Assembly (NCBI GenBank): GCA_964590395.1
Contig: CAZPVT010000034.1
Span: 31,464 to 95,463 of the forward strand
DNA: 64,000 nt
Source of the DNA: an uncultured bacterium
Lineage (GTDB): Bacteria; Hydrothermota; Tepidihabitantia; Tepidihabitantales; Tepidihabitantaceae
Direction: 5' to 3'
Both the position numbers and the translations under genes were made by a program. Positions 1 through 9,694 of the stretch are shown piece after piece (positions within the stretch are counted from its first letter, which is position 1; each line of letters begins with the position of its first letter). Under the pieces are notes generated by a model. It did no database searches. It was not told the origin of the DNA and saw nothing but the letters and a program-made list of their open reading frames with translations.

Positions 1-989
1 GTAATCTTGAAGAAATCATCGGGGTTCGGGTGATCGACCGCGCGGCAGTAATACTGGATATATTTGCCCTCCATGCGCGGACCGCGGAAGCCAAAGTACA
101 GGTGGAACTGGCACAACTGGAGTATTTCAAGACCCGACTGACCGGTCTGGGGATTGAAATGTCCAGGCTGGGTGGAGGAATCGGTACCCGTGGTCCTGGG
201 GAGACAAAGTTGGAAGTTGACCGGCGGAGAATCGAACAGCGGATAACCGTTTTACGCCGGGAACTGGCTCGGATTGAAAAGGAGCGAGTGGTTCAACGTA
301 AGAGGCGGACAAGTCTTTTTCGGATTGCCCTTGCGGGCTATACCAATACTGGAAAGTCAACGCTGTTCAACCGTCTGACCTCAGCAGATGTCAAGGTATC
401 TGACCAGTTGTTTGCTACCCTAGATGCTAACACCAAGGTGTATCAGATCGATCGTAATGTCCGGGCAGTGGTTACTGATACCGTGGGGTTTATCCGTAAT
501 TTGCCGGTGCAACTGGTGGCTTCGTTTCGTTCAACATTAGCGGAAATCAGAGAGGCGGATTTGGTGCTCTATATTGCTGATATCAGTGATCCGCAGGTTG
601 AGTCCCGCATTGAGACGGTCCGGGAGACGCTCTCAGCGATTGGCGCGGGTGAGAAACCGCGGTTATTGGTTTTTAATAAGATCGATCGGGTATATGAGGA
701 GGGGGTGATCAGCCGGTTGCGACGGTGCTACGGTAACGCGGTATTTATTTCCGCACTTACCGGCGCCGGATTGGAGCAGTTGCATCAAGCGATCGAGCGT
801 TGTGTGGATCAACAGCGGGTGGTGCGGACATTTACCATTCCTGAGGACCGGGGTGATCTTTTGGCTTGGGTTCTAAGCAGTGGTACTGTTGTTACCCAGC
901 GGTTATTAAACGGTAAGCGCCAGTTGCGGATCAAAGGTTTTCCCGCACAACTGGCGCGGATTCGGAAAGTACTCCAGCGAGTACGGTGA
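1..989 (+). CDS. hflX: GTPase HflX, 5' end outside the window
   Basis: Translation has G1 GYTNTGKSTLFN, G3 DTVGF, G4 NKID and an HflX-type N-domain. The frame stays open from nt 3, so the Met at 30 is internal. Confidence 0.9.
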   Translation, partial: NLEEIIGVRVIDRAAVILDIFALHARTAEAKVQVELAQLEYFKTRLTGLGIEMSRLGGGIGTRGPGETKLEVDRRRIEQRITVLRRELARIEKERVVQRKRRTSLFRIALAGYTNTGKSTLFNRLTSADVKVSDQLFATLDANTKVYQIDRNVRAVVTDTVGFIRNLPVQLVASFRSTLAEIREADLVLYIADISDPQVESRIETVRETLSAIGAGEKPRLLVFNKIDRVYEEGVISRLRRCYGNAVFISALTGAGLEQLHQAIERCVDQQRVVRTFTIPEDRGDLLAWVLSSGTVVTQRLLNGKRQLRIKGFPAQLARIRKVLQRVR

Positions 990-997
990 GTGGTTAA

Positions 998-1183
998 CTA
1001 TTCAACCTTGATTGCGCTTGCCGGACAGTCTTCAGCTGCCTGCTGGATACACTCTTCGGCAGCTTCGGGGACGATTTCCACTTTTGGTTTAGCGATGTCA
1101 CCATCCAGTTCAAAGATGTCCGGACAGCTATCAACACACAGTCCGCAACCGGTACAGAGTTCTTTGTCAATCGATACTTTCAC
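998..1183 (-). CDS. small Fe-S ferredoxin
   Basis: 61 aa with the CTGCGLCVDSCP cluster motif and a distal Cys-Pro. GTG start preceded by GGAGG (complement of 1189-1193). Confidence 0.8.
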   Translation of the reverse strand: MKVSIDKELCTGCGLCVDSCPDIFELDGDIAKPKVEIVPEAAEECIQQAAEDCPASAIKVE

Positions 1184-1237
1184 TTTGCCTCCTTTTTATT
1201 TTTCGGATATTATTTAATACCAAAAGCAGAGGTATTG

Positions 1238-2354
1238 TCAAGAAATAATTGCTGAACCACTTTGGTCTTTTGGGCGGCTGGTCTGGAGTAGATAGGTGTG
1301 GACAAACTCTTCAATGTGTCCCGCGAGCACCGTTTCAACATCATGGGTTTCGTGACCGGTGCGATGGTCCTTGACCAGTTGATAGGGGAAGAGAACATAG
1401 GAGCGGATCTGATGTCCCCAGGCGATATCGGTTTTTGCTTCTTCAAATTTTTCCAGTTCTGCCTGTTGCTGGCGACGGTAGAACTCATAAAGACGGGAGC
1501 GTAATACTTTCATCGCGTTCTGTCGGTTCTGGAACTGAGAACGTTCGTTTTGGCAGGTGACGACAATGCCGGTGGGAATATGGGTAATTCTTACCGCGGA
1601 ACTAACCTTATTGACATTCTGTCCACCGTGACCACCGGCGCGGAAGGTGTCAATTTTTAAATCGTTCGGATTGATTGCCACTTCAATTTCATCAACGGCG
1701 GGCAAAACCGAGACTGCGGTGAAACTGGTGTGACGCCGACGGTTGGCATCAAATGGTGAGATCCGCACTAACCGGTGCACACCCATTTCTGACTTCAGTA
1801 ACCCATAGGCATAAGGACCGGTTACTTCAATCGTGGCATCTTTAATACCAGCCTCTTCATTAGGCTGGAAGTCAAGGATTTGGTATTTTAAACCTTGGTT
1901 TTCAATATATTTGAGATACATCCGGAGAAGCATCTCCGCCCAGTCGCAGGATTCAGTTCCCCCTGCACCGGGATGAATGGCAAGGATCGCATCCCGGTTG
2001 TCTTCAACAGAATTGAAAAGTGCCCGTTGTTCTAGGGTGTTCAGGTCAGTTTCAATTTTCCTTAGATGCTCGGCGATCTCCGCCATTATTTTCTGGTCGG
2101 TGCTCGTGGAAAATAGTTCCTCCAGTTCACCTGTCTCTTTGAGTTCCTTTTGCAACTGTTCTACACGGTTGATCAGATCACTGAGTTGGGCAAGCCGACG
2201 CATTACCCGCTGTGCCTGTTCCGGGTTGTCCCAGAATTCGGGGGCAGTAGACTGCTGGTGGAGTTGATTCAGTTCTTTGCGCAAACCGTCAATGTCAAAG
2301 AAACTCCGTTAGTTTTTGGAGTTGGTCGTTTAAGATAATGAGTTTTTCAGACAC
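1238..2354 (-). CDS. prfB: peptide chain release factor 2, needs a programmed +1 frameshift at 2295-2300
   Basis: ORF 1238-2284 carries the RF2 motifs SPF (ISPFD) and GGQ (GGHGGQNVN). An upstream GTG at 2354 opens a 19-codon frame, [19 protein letters not shown], ending CTT TGA C. A +1 shift joins it to [11 protein letters not shown]... Confidence 0.9.
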
Positions 2355-2363
2355 GGTTGGGGG

Positions 2364-2594
2364 TTATTTTTCCACGGTTTTTTCAGCATCGGGCGGTGAT
2401 TGGTGATAACGACGACGGAATTTTTCCACCCGACCTGCAGTGTCAACAATCTTCTGCTTCCCAGTAAAAAAAGGATGGCAGGCAGAGCAGATTTCGACAT
2501 GCAGTTTTGGTTTTGTCGACCGGGTTTTGAAGGTGTTGCCACAGGCACAGGTGACGATACATTCACCGTAGGGAGGATGAATTTTTTCTTTCAT
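2364..2594 (-). CDS. rpmE: 50S ribosomal protein L31
   Basis: 76 aa with CxC...[10 protein letters not shown] zinc-ribbon L31 signature. AAGGAG upstream of the ATG. Confidence 0.9.
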   Translation of the reverse strand: MKEKIHPPYGECIVTCACGNTFKTRSTKPKLHVEICSACHPFFTGKQKIVDTAGRVEKFRRRYHQSPPDAEKTVEK

Positions 2595-2604
2595 TTTTAC
2601 TCCT

Positions 2605-3876
2605 TTAAGTTTCGCTCATCGATTCCAGAAATTCTTTATTGTCCCGGGTCAACCGCATCTTGTCAAGCACGAACTCCATTATCTCCACCGGGTTAAGTTC
2701 TGCCAGGAGTTTGCGGAGAACCCAGATCCGGTTGAGTTCAAACTCGCTCAAGAGCAGTTCCTCTTTGCGGGTGCCGGAGCGCTGGAGGTCAATTGCGGGG
2801 AAAATCCGTCGGTCAGCAAGACGGCGATCCAGGATAAGTTCCATATTACCGGTACCCTTGAACTCTTCAAAGATCACCTCATCCATTCTGGAGCCGGTTT
2901 CAATCAAGGCGGTGGCGATGACGGTCAAACTGCCCCCTTCTTCGATGTTCCGTGCCGAGCCGAAAAACTTCTTCGGCTTCTGTAGGGCATTGGAGTCCAG
3001 ACCACCGGAAAGGGTGCGACCAGAATGAGGTACAACCAGGTTGTGGGCCCGGGCAAGCCGGGTGATGGAATCCAAAAGTATTACCACATCGTGCTTGTTT
3101 TCCACTAACCGTTTTGCCTTTTCTAATACCATATCCGCAACCTGAACATGGCGCTCAGGCACCTCATCAAATGTCGAACTGATAACCTCGGCTCTGACCG
3201 AGCGTTCCATATCAGTAACTTCTTCGGGTCTTTCGTCGATCAGCAGGATGATCAGTTTCACTTCCGGGTGGTTGATGGTAATACTGTTGGCGATTTTCTG
3301 CAGCAGGACCGTCTTGCCGGCGCGGGGGGGCGACACGATCAGTCCCCGTTGACCTTTACCGATCGGAGTAAAGAGGTCAACCACCCGCATTGAAAGATCG
3401 TTCTTTTCTTTAGCCTCAAGGTGGATCCGTTCTTGCGGATAGAGTGGTGTCAGCGCGTCAAATGGGATCCGGGACCGCTCTTCGGTAAGCGATGTGCCGT
3501 TAATTGTCTCAATTTTTAAAAGGGCAAAATACCGCTCGCTGTTTTTGGGTGGCCGAGCAATGCCCGTGATTGTATCGCCGGTGCGCAGACCGAATCTTTT
3601 AATCTGGGATGGTGAGATATAGATATCGTCAGATGACGGCAGGTAACTGTACTCCGGAGAGCGGAGAAATCCGAAGCCGTCTTCCAGGATCTCCAGTACA
3701 CCGTCAACTTGAACACCACCCTCAGTACCTTCACTGGCACGGCGCCGGGATTCGGCTTCCAAGATTGACATAATCAGTCCGGGTTTTCTTTTTTCCCGAT
3801 AATCTGGTATGCCCAGTGATTCTGCAATTTCATACAATTCGGTTATTTTCTTATTCTTAAGTTCCTCTTGTGTCAT
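2605..3876 (-). CDS. rho: transcription termination factor Rho
   Basis: 423 aa with Rho N-terminal and cold-shock-like RNA-binding region and Walker A PPRAGKT. Full-length collinear Rho architecture. Confidence 0.95.
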   Translation of the reverse strand: MTQEELKNKKITELYEIAESLGIPDYREKRKPGLIMSILEAESRRRASEGTEGGVQVDGVLEILEDGFGFLRSPEYSYLPSSDDIYISPSQIKRFGLRTGDTITGIARPPKNSERYFALLKIETINGTSLTEERSRIPFDALTPLYPQERIHLEAKEKNDLSMRVVDLFTPIGKGQRGLIVSPPRAGKTVLLQKIANSITINHPEVKLIILLIDERPEEVTDMERSVRAEVISSTFDEVPERHVQVADMVLEKAKRLVENKHDVVILLDSITRLARAHNLVVPHSGRTLSGGLDSNALQKPKKFFGSARNIEEGGSLTVIATALIETGSRMDEVIFEEFKGTGNMELILDRRLADRRIFPAIDLQRSGTRKEELLLSEFELNRIWVLRKLLAELNPVEIMEFVLDKMRLTRDNKEFLESMSET

Positions 3877-3990
3877 AACTGCTCCTTTAAGAAAGGTTTA
3901 ATCTATCCGATCACAGACAGTGCTAACGAACCGGGACCTATTTCATTACCAAGAATTGACTCCAGGATGACCTCAATATTGTTTTCTAAA

Positions 3991-4018
3991 ATTATAACAA
4001 TCGTTCTGCCGGTGTCAA
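3991..4018 (-). promoter_or_regulatory. sigma70-type promoter for rho (TTGACA-16-TATAAT)
   Basis: The minus strand reads TTGACA ccggcagaacgattgt TATAAT, with both hexamers at consensus. It lies about 110 nt upstream of the rho ATG. Confidence 0.6.
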
Positions 4019-4057
4019 GTAAAAATCTATGTTGCGGGAATCTGGTTTTATCGCTTG

Positions 4058-4119
4058 GAGATTGCCTCGTCGTTTCGCGCCTCGCAATGAGATTCCTGCC
4101 CGAGGCAGAGCGCAATGAC
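4058..4119 (+). repeat. two tandem units of an ATTGC...GCAATGA palindromic intergenic repeat
   Basis: gagattgcctcgtcgtttcgcgcctcgcaatga followed by gagattcctgcccgaggcagagcgcaatgac. The same core recurs at 5465, 17422 and 18587, and inverted at 18524. Confidence 0.8.
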
Positions 4120-4169
4120 TGGAGATGAGTATAATTGACTCTTTTTGGGGGCACAATAGAATAGGGGCG

Positions 4170-5435
4170 ATGAGTTCAATTGGACAAAAGTTATTGTTAC
4201 TTTTTGTGGCAGTGGTGTTAGTGTTTAACTGCGGTGGTAATAGAGGGAAAACCGCTGGTAAACGGATAGTCGTTACCTTTTGGCATGCGATGGGCGGTCC
4301 GCTGGGTGATGCACTAGAAAGACTGATTAAGGAGTTTGAGCGGGAGCATCCGGATATTGACATTCAGTTGGTGAGTATGGCGAATTATACCGGTCTTGCT
4401 CAGAAATTGATGGGTGCGGTACAGGTGAATGCGCCGCCGAATATCGCCCAGATGTATGAGTCCTGGGCCGCGCAGTTTTACAGGCTTAATAGGTTAATTG
4501 TCATTGAGTCGTTGATTAAAGGACCGGACGGTTTGAGCGAGGAGGAACTTAGTGATTTCTTCCCGACGTTTATTGAGAATAACACCTGGGATGGCAAACT
4601 GGTTACCATACCTTTTAATAAGTCAATCCCAGTCTTCTTTTACAATGATGAACTTCTGAAATCTGCCGGGTATGAGCGGTTTCCTGATAACTGGGAGGAT
4701 TTGCGCCGGATGCTTTTGTCGCTGACCGACCGCAGGCAGAACCGTTACGGCGGCACCGGACTGGTGAATGAAGGGGTGTTTGGTGCCCTACTTTTACAGG
4801 CGAGGGGTACCTATCTTGATGAGACAGAACGGGAGGTGCATTTTAACTCTCCGGCCGGGGTCAGGGCGATGGTTTATTTGTCGCAACTGGTAAATCAGGA
4901 TTCCAGCGTTTATTACGGTGGTGGATATGAGTCACAGAATGATTTTCTTGCCGGTAAGATCGCTTGCATCCAGGGCAGTTCGGTGTCCTATGCATTTTTG
5001 CGTCCCCATCTTAACTTTAAGGTTGGGGTGGCACCATTGCCGGTTTCGGGTAAGCCAGTGGTGATCGGTTATGGAACAAACATTGGTATCTTCCGGGGCG
5101 GGACTCAAGAGCAGATTGCGGCTGCCTGGAAGTTTATCAAGTGGTTTACTGCTCCGAAACAGCAGGCGCGCTGGGCAAGTGAGACATTTTATGTGCCGGT
5201 GCGGAGAAGCGCGATGGCAATTCCCGAATACCAAAAGTTAATTAAAGAGATTCCGGGGTTTAATAGCGCCTTGCGCCAGATTGACTATTTGGCTTTTGAG
5301 CCGAAGAGTGAAGCCTGGTTCGTGGGCAGGCGGGTGCTGGGCGATGCGATAGAGAAGATAATCCGGGCCGGGGTTCCGGTCCAGACTGCACTGGATGAAG
5401 CAGCCACTGAACTCAGTAAGGAGCTGAGTAAATGA
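4170..5435 (+). CDS. ABC transporter extracellular solute-binding protein (family 1, sugar-type)
   Basis: The translation resembles family-1 SBPs. Met at 4170 starts a signal or lipoprotein-like peptide, MSSIGQKLLLLFVAVVLVFNCGG. The ORF-track start at 4125 runs through the repeat and is probably spurious. Confidence 0.8.
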   Translation: MSSIGQKLLLLFVAVVLVFNCGGNRGKTAGKRIVVTFWHAMGGPLGDALERLIKEFEREHPDIDIQLVSMANYTGLAQKLMGAVQVNAPPNIAQMYESWAAQFYRLNRLIVIESLIKGPDGLSEEELSDFFPTFIENNTWDGKLVTIPFNKSIPVFFYNDELLKSAGYERFPDNWEDLRRMLLSLTDRRQNRYGGTGLVNEGVFGALLLQARGTYLDETEREVHFNSPAGVRAMVYLSQLVNQDSSVYYGGGYESQNDFLAGKIACIQGSSVSYAFLRPHLNFKVGVAPLPVSGKPVVIGYGTNIGIFRGGTQEQIAAAWKFIKWFTAPKQQARWASETFYVPVRRSAMAIPEYQKLIKEIPGFNSALRQIDYLAFEPKSEAWFVGRRVLGDAIEKIIRAGVPVQTALDEAATELSKELSK

Positions 5436-5464
5436 GTGGTCGTTACCGCAGATTAACGAGGAAG

Positions 5465-5530
5465 GAGATTGCCCCGGGCTTCGCCCTCGCAATGACGAGA
5501 AAAAAGGAAGGACACAATGACAAGAAGGGG
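5465..5530 (+). repeat. ATTGC...GCAATGAC palindromic intergenic repeat unit plus AATGAC tail
   Basis: gagattgccccgggcttcgccctcgcaatgacgag followed by ggacacaatgacaagaagggg. Same orientation and core as 4058-4119. Confidence 0.75.
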
Positions 5531-5536
5531 AACGCA

Positions 5537-7156
5537 ATGGCCGGTGGAAGGTTGATGCTTTTACTACCTTTGTTTGCCTTTGCTCAGGTTATGCCAATAC
5601 GTTGGGCGATTGAGGATGCTGACCGTAATGGTATACCTGATCGTCGGGGGCAGCGCGTTACGGTTACCGGTATTGTAACCGCACCGGAAAGCCTCTTTGA
5701 CACCCGATATACTGACATCTATATTCAGGATAGTTCCGCGGGGGTGAATGTTTTCAGTTTCACCTTGCAGGATGCGAACCTTGGGGACAGTGTGCTGGTT
5801 ACGGGTGTGATTGACTGGTACCGGGGAAAAACCGAGATTGCCAGCGCAACCGTAACCGTTCTCGCTTCAAACCGACAACTGCCGGTGCCCCGGATATTGA
5901 CCTGTCAGGAGATCAACCGGGAAGATTACGAAGGCGAGTTGGTGCAAATCAGGGGGGTGCGAATAAGTTCGCTTTACCTGTCCGGTAATACCAATTATGT
6001 GCTAGAGGATACAACCGGTACCACCGCGGTGCGGATTGATAAGGAAACCGAAATCCCGGGTTTTGTTTGTTATCCGGATACCTTCACCATTGTCGGTATC
6101 AAGTCCCAGTACACCGCGGACACCACCCAACCGTTGACTGGGTATCAGATTTTACCCCGGTATCGCGCGGACTTTTCTGTGGGCGCCTTATCTCTGCCAC
6201 TGCGCAGTATTCAGGAGGTTCAGGAGCCCGGTTCTGATAATGTTACTCCCCGGTTGCTTGACCACTGGGTTCGAGTCAAGGGCAGAATTACCGGGCCAGC
6301 CCGGGTTTTCACCAGTGGCTCCAATCCCAGTCTTTATATTCAGGACGAGACGCAGGGGGTTAACATTTATAACTGTGCGGCACCTCCAGGCCAGAGCGTT
6401 TTTCTGGATTCAGTTGGAGTTGAACTGATGGTGGTGGGCAAGGTAACTGAATATAACGGCTTGACCGAGATTACTGAGGGTGCGGTGTGGGTTACCGATT
6501 CTGTTCCAGCGCCGCTTGTCCCCGGGGTGCTGCCCTTCAATGTTCCACTTACTGAAGCGATGGAAAGCAATCTGATGATGGTTGTTGGTGATGTTGTTTC
6601 CACTCCAGTTCGTTCTGGTTCCGGTTATAATCTAACCATCAAAAATGGCACCCCCGGAGTTGCCATCAGAGTCTCCGATAATACCGGTATTCCGGTCAAC
6701 TGGATTGTAACCGGAATGAGACTGCGGATTACCGGTATCGTCGGACAGTACGATTATGAGGCGCCGTATACCGCGGGTTATCAGTTACTGCCAAGGTTTT
6801 CTTCAGATATCTATGATACCACCGCGGGATTTCCGCCGGCGGAGCGGTTGACAGTTGACACAATTTTCCCCAATCCATTCCTGCCTGCACAGGGCGAGTG
6901 TCAGACCATTCAGTTGAATGCGCCGAGAAGCGGTTATCGGATTACCGTGGAGATTTATGATCTAAAAGGGAGAATGGTTAAGGAGCTTTTGAGAAATGGT
7001 GCGGGCGGCTATTATGATCTGAAATGGGATGGGACTGATGACCGTTTGCGCCCGCTACGGGCAGGGATTTACCTGTTGAACATTAAGGCAGTCAGGGGTG
7101 ATGGCACGGTTGAAAATATCACCCGACCGGTAGTTATTGCGGTTAAATTGAAATGA
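5537..7156 (+). CDS. secreted protein with four OB-fold-like repeats and a T9SS/FlgD-Ig-like C-terminal domain
   Basis: Met at 5537 is preceded by GAAGGGG and starts the signal peptide MAGGRLMLLLPLFAFAQ. Repeated V.V.G.V..../.YIQD..G.N.. blocks are present. The C-terminus reads IFPNPFLP...ITVEIYDLKGRMVKEL...AGIYLLNIKA. Confidence 0.7.
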   Translation: MAGGRLMLLLPLFAFAQVMPIRWAIEDADRNGIPDRRGQRVTVTGIVTAPESLFDTRYTDIYIQDSSAGVNVFSFTLQDANLGDSVLVTGVIDWYRGKTEIASATVTVLASNRQLPVPRILTCQEINREDYEGELVQIRGVRISSLYLSGNTNYVLEDTTGTTAVRIDKETEIPGFVCYPDTFTIVGIKSQYTADTTQPLTGYQILPRYRADFSVGALSLPLRSIQEVQEPGSDNVTPRLLDHWVRVKGRITGPARVFTSGSNPSLYIQDETQGVNIYNCAAPPGQSVFLDSVGVELMVVGKVTEYNGLTEITEGAVWVTDSVPAPLVPGVLPFNVPLTEAMESNLMMVVGDVVSTPVRSGSGYNLTIKNGTPGVAIRVSDNTGIPVNWIVTGMRLRITGIVGQYDYEAPYTAGYQLLPRFSSDIYDTTAGFPPAERLTVDTIFPNPFLPAQGECQTIQLNAPRSGYRITVEIYDLKGRMVKELLRNGAGGYYDLKWDGTDDRLRPLRAGIYLLNIKAVRGDGTVENITRPVVIAVKLK

Positions 7157-8621
7157 GCCAGCGCCGGGCAATCAAGCCGGCAAAGAGGAGAATCGGATAG
7201 ATAAGCACCACCCAGTCACCGAATTTCCGGTAAATGGTGGCAGGGAGTGGACGGGGCACAGTACCGAAAAGCACGGCCTGTTCAAAGAGGCGAGTTTTTT
7301 TAAGAATTCGACCATAAGGGTCAGCGATAAAAGATATACCGTTGTTGGCAGAGCGGAGCATAGGCACCCCTAATTCCACGGTCCGCGTCACTGTCAATTC
7401 AGCATGCTGGTATGCACCCGGCAGTTTGCCGAACCAGCCGTCATTGGTTACCACGACCAGCAGTTGCGCGCCCCGATGGACAAATACACGCGCCAGATCC
7501 GCAAATATCGCCTCATAACAGATCATTCCGGAAAATTTACCCTCCCGGAAGTCAAAAACGGTGGGGAGCCAGCCACGGTCCCAGTTGCCCATATCCGCGG
7601 TGCCAATCAGTTTTCGGATTATCGGTAGCTCATCGCTGTAGGGAATCTTTTCTGAGAAGGGAACGAGCCGGAGTTTGTAATACCGCTGGGTGATCTTTTC
7701 CGCTTGCGGCTGGAGCAGCACCGCGCCGTTGTGATAGGTGCGATGTTCGTCATCGTAAACCGGCGTGCCGGTAAATATCTCGATGTCCAGCGAGTCAACC
7801 AGACGTTGCAATGCCGGACCCATATCGGTGGAATGAGTGATGTCGACCAAGGTAGCGGTTTCAGGAAATATCACCAGTCTCGGTTTTTTACTCGCTGCCA
7901 GGCGGGTAAGATGGAAAAGTTCCTTTTGAATTCTTTCTTTGGAATCCCAGTCGCCTTTATCTAAAGGTGAGACATTGGGTTGCACAATAGCGACATCAAA
8001 CCAGGGAGAGTTTGTCCGGAGCCTCAACAGCCCGAAGATAAGTGGCATTAGGATGGTGATTATTAACCCTACCGCATAACGCGGTCGGCTCTTGCCCGAT
8101 AACAACCGGTAAATCAGCAGATTGATTAACACCAGCCAGGAGGAGAGTAGATATACTCCGCCGATTGCCGCGAGTTGAGTGAAGACCGGTAATGGGGTCA
8201 TCGTATAGCCCAACAGATCCCAGGGAAAGGCGATTTGAGTTCTGGTTTTTAAGAATTCAAGGACAGGGAGGATTAGGGGAGCGGTCCAGTAGCCCAATTT
8301 TTTTACGCAAATTGCAAACAGTCCCCAGTAAAGCCCTAAATATCCGAAGAGCAGAACTACGCCGATATTTAAGAGGAAGCGGGTTATCGGTTCCACCGGG
8401 ACAAGCAGAAGCCAGAGCCACCAGAGATGAAACATTCCGGCAAAGAAGCCAAATAGCCAGCCATAGAAAAACGGCAGTGGTGAATGATCAATCACATAGA
8501 AAAGTGGCACCAGTGCGAAGAAGGCAAAGAAACGGCAAGGGAAAGGGGCAAATGCCAGCGCAAGTCCCAGCGTGGCGAATAGCAGTAGGAGCAGGCGGTG
8601 AAGTGTAGAGAGTTTTTTCAT
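7143..8621 (-). CDS. lnt: apolipoprotein N-acyltransferase
   Basis: 492 aa with a multi-TM N-terminal half plus a C-terminal CN-hydrolase domain (FPE..., ICYEAIF). Confidence 0.85.
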   Translation of the reverse strand: MKKLSTLHRLLLLLFATLGLALAFAPFPCRFFAFFALVPLFYVIDHSPLPFFYGWLFGFFAGMFHLWWLWLLLVPVEPITRFLLNIGVVLLFGYLGLYWGLFAICVKKLGYWTAPLILPVLEFLKTRTQIAFPWDLLGYTMTPLPVFTQLAAIGGVYLLSSWLVLINLLIYRLLSGKSRPRYAVGLIITILMPLIFGLLRLRTNSPWFDVAIVQPNVSPLDKGDWDSKERIQKELFHLTRLAASKKPRLVIFPETATLVDITHSTDMGPALQRLVDSLDIEIFTGTPVYDDEHRTYHNGAVLLQPQAEKITQRYYKLRLVPFSEKIPYSDELPIIRKLIGTADMGNWDRGWLPTVFDFREGKFSGMICYEAIFADLARVFVHRGAQLLVVVTNDGWFGKLPGAYQHAELTVTRTVELGVPMLRSANNGISFIADPYGRILKKTRLFEQAVLFGTVPRPLPATIYRKFGDWVVLIYPILLFAGLIARRWLISI

Positions 8622-9694
8622 AACCGGCTGGTATTTGCCTGAGTCTGGTTAGGATCAGATATCAGTTTCACCTCGGTGCCGGTTTCATTGGAGCGGTAAA
8701 ATGCATCGGTGATTTTGTTGATCAGCAGGGCATCGCCAATGGAGGTATCTGGAGGCACATCCTTGAGTAGTGAGTCTACCCAGATTTTAATCAACTGGTT
8801 ATAGGCGGTTTTTAATAATCCTTTGGTCTGGAGCTGGGGGGTGATGTTGACCAGTTTACCTTGAATCTCCTTATGGATCGTTAACGGATTGAGAATCGCG
8901 GCGCCTTTTGTCCCAAACAGGTTGGAATAAACAAAATCCTGTTCCAGTAACAGGCTCCAGCCGACCTCTACGGTCAGTATTAAACCGGAATCAAACCGGA
9001 TCAGGGCAAAGGCGGTGTCTTCGGATCGAGGAGCGGAAATGGGGGTTAGTTTAAATTGGGACTCGGTGTGGTTGATCGCTTTGCCGGTTACCGCAATCGG
9101 TTGGTCAGGTGCGGTCAGGTAAAGTGCGGTGTCTAATAAGGCACTGCCGAGGTTCAGAAAGGCACCGTCCCCTGCGATTCCACGGTTGCGCTGCCAGGTG
9201 GGTGTGGTCCATTCCTGTTTTTTTCGAAGCCAGCCGGTCTTGGCGTAATACAGTTTTCCTAAATTCCGGCGTTCAATATGCCTTTTTACCACCTGGACAT
9301 CATCGCGCAACCTGGTTACCAGACAGGGCATCAGCCGACGTTTTTTCTCGCGGGCAACAGTAAGAACCTGTTCCGCAGCAGCGAACGTTGTAGCCAACGG
9401 AAGTTCGCAGAGGACATCCTTACCATTTTCCAATGCAGCGATCGCCAGTGGGGCATGGAGATAGGTCGGAGTGGCAATTACCACCGCATTGATGTCGCTG
9501 TCCTCTTTTATCTGGTCGAAGTCAGTGTGGTAACGCGGGATTTGGTAGCGAGTAGCTAAAGTTTGCAGTTTTCTGAGATCTGGGTCGCATAAAGCGACAA
9601 TTTCTATCAGTGGGTGGGCTTTAAGCGCCGGGAGGATCGTGAGCTGCGCCTGAATTCCGCATCCTACTACTGCAACCCGGAGCCTGCCGTTCAT
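8618..9694 (-). CDS. Gfo/Idh/MocA family oxidoreductase
   Basis: N-terminal Rossmann motif VAVVGCGIQA and family-typical layout. Its ends overlap the neighbouring genes. Confidence 0.8.
   Translation of the reverse strand: MNGRLRVAVVGCGIQAQLTILPALKAHPLIEIVALCDPDLRKLQTLATRYQIPRYHTDFDQIKEDSDINAVVIATPTYLHAPLAIAALENGKDVLCELPLATTFAAAEQVLTVAREKKRRLMPCLVTRLRDDVQVVKRHIERRNLGKLYYAKTGWLRKKQEWTTPTWQRNRGIAGDGAFLNLGSALLDTALYLTAPDQPIAVTGKAINHTESQFKLTPISAPRSEDTAFALIRFDSGLILTVEVGWSLLLEQDFVYSNLFGTKGAAILNPLTIHKEIQGKLVNITPQLQTKGLLKTAYNQLIKIWVDSLLKDVPPDTSIGDALLINKITDAFYRSNETGTEVKLISDPNQTQANTSRL

Noticed and set aside
2639-3028. Long antisense 'shadow' ORFs inside confident genes. Examples are 2639-3028 in rho, 16137-16544 in lysS, 37633-38019 in frr, 43508-43879 in rplY and 61468-61920.
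   Set aside because: Each is fully contained in a recognisable gene on the opposite strand. Their translations are low-complexity (Ser/Arg/Pro-rich) and they lack start signals.
4125-5536. N-terminal extensions of ORFs 4125, 5432 and 17364 as given in the track.
   Set aside because: The extensions are translations of the ATTGC...GCAATGAC repeats (for example ...ALAMTRKKEGHNDKKG). Downstream Met codons begin proper signal or TM peptides.
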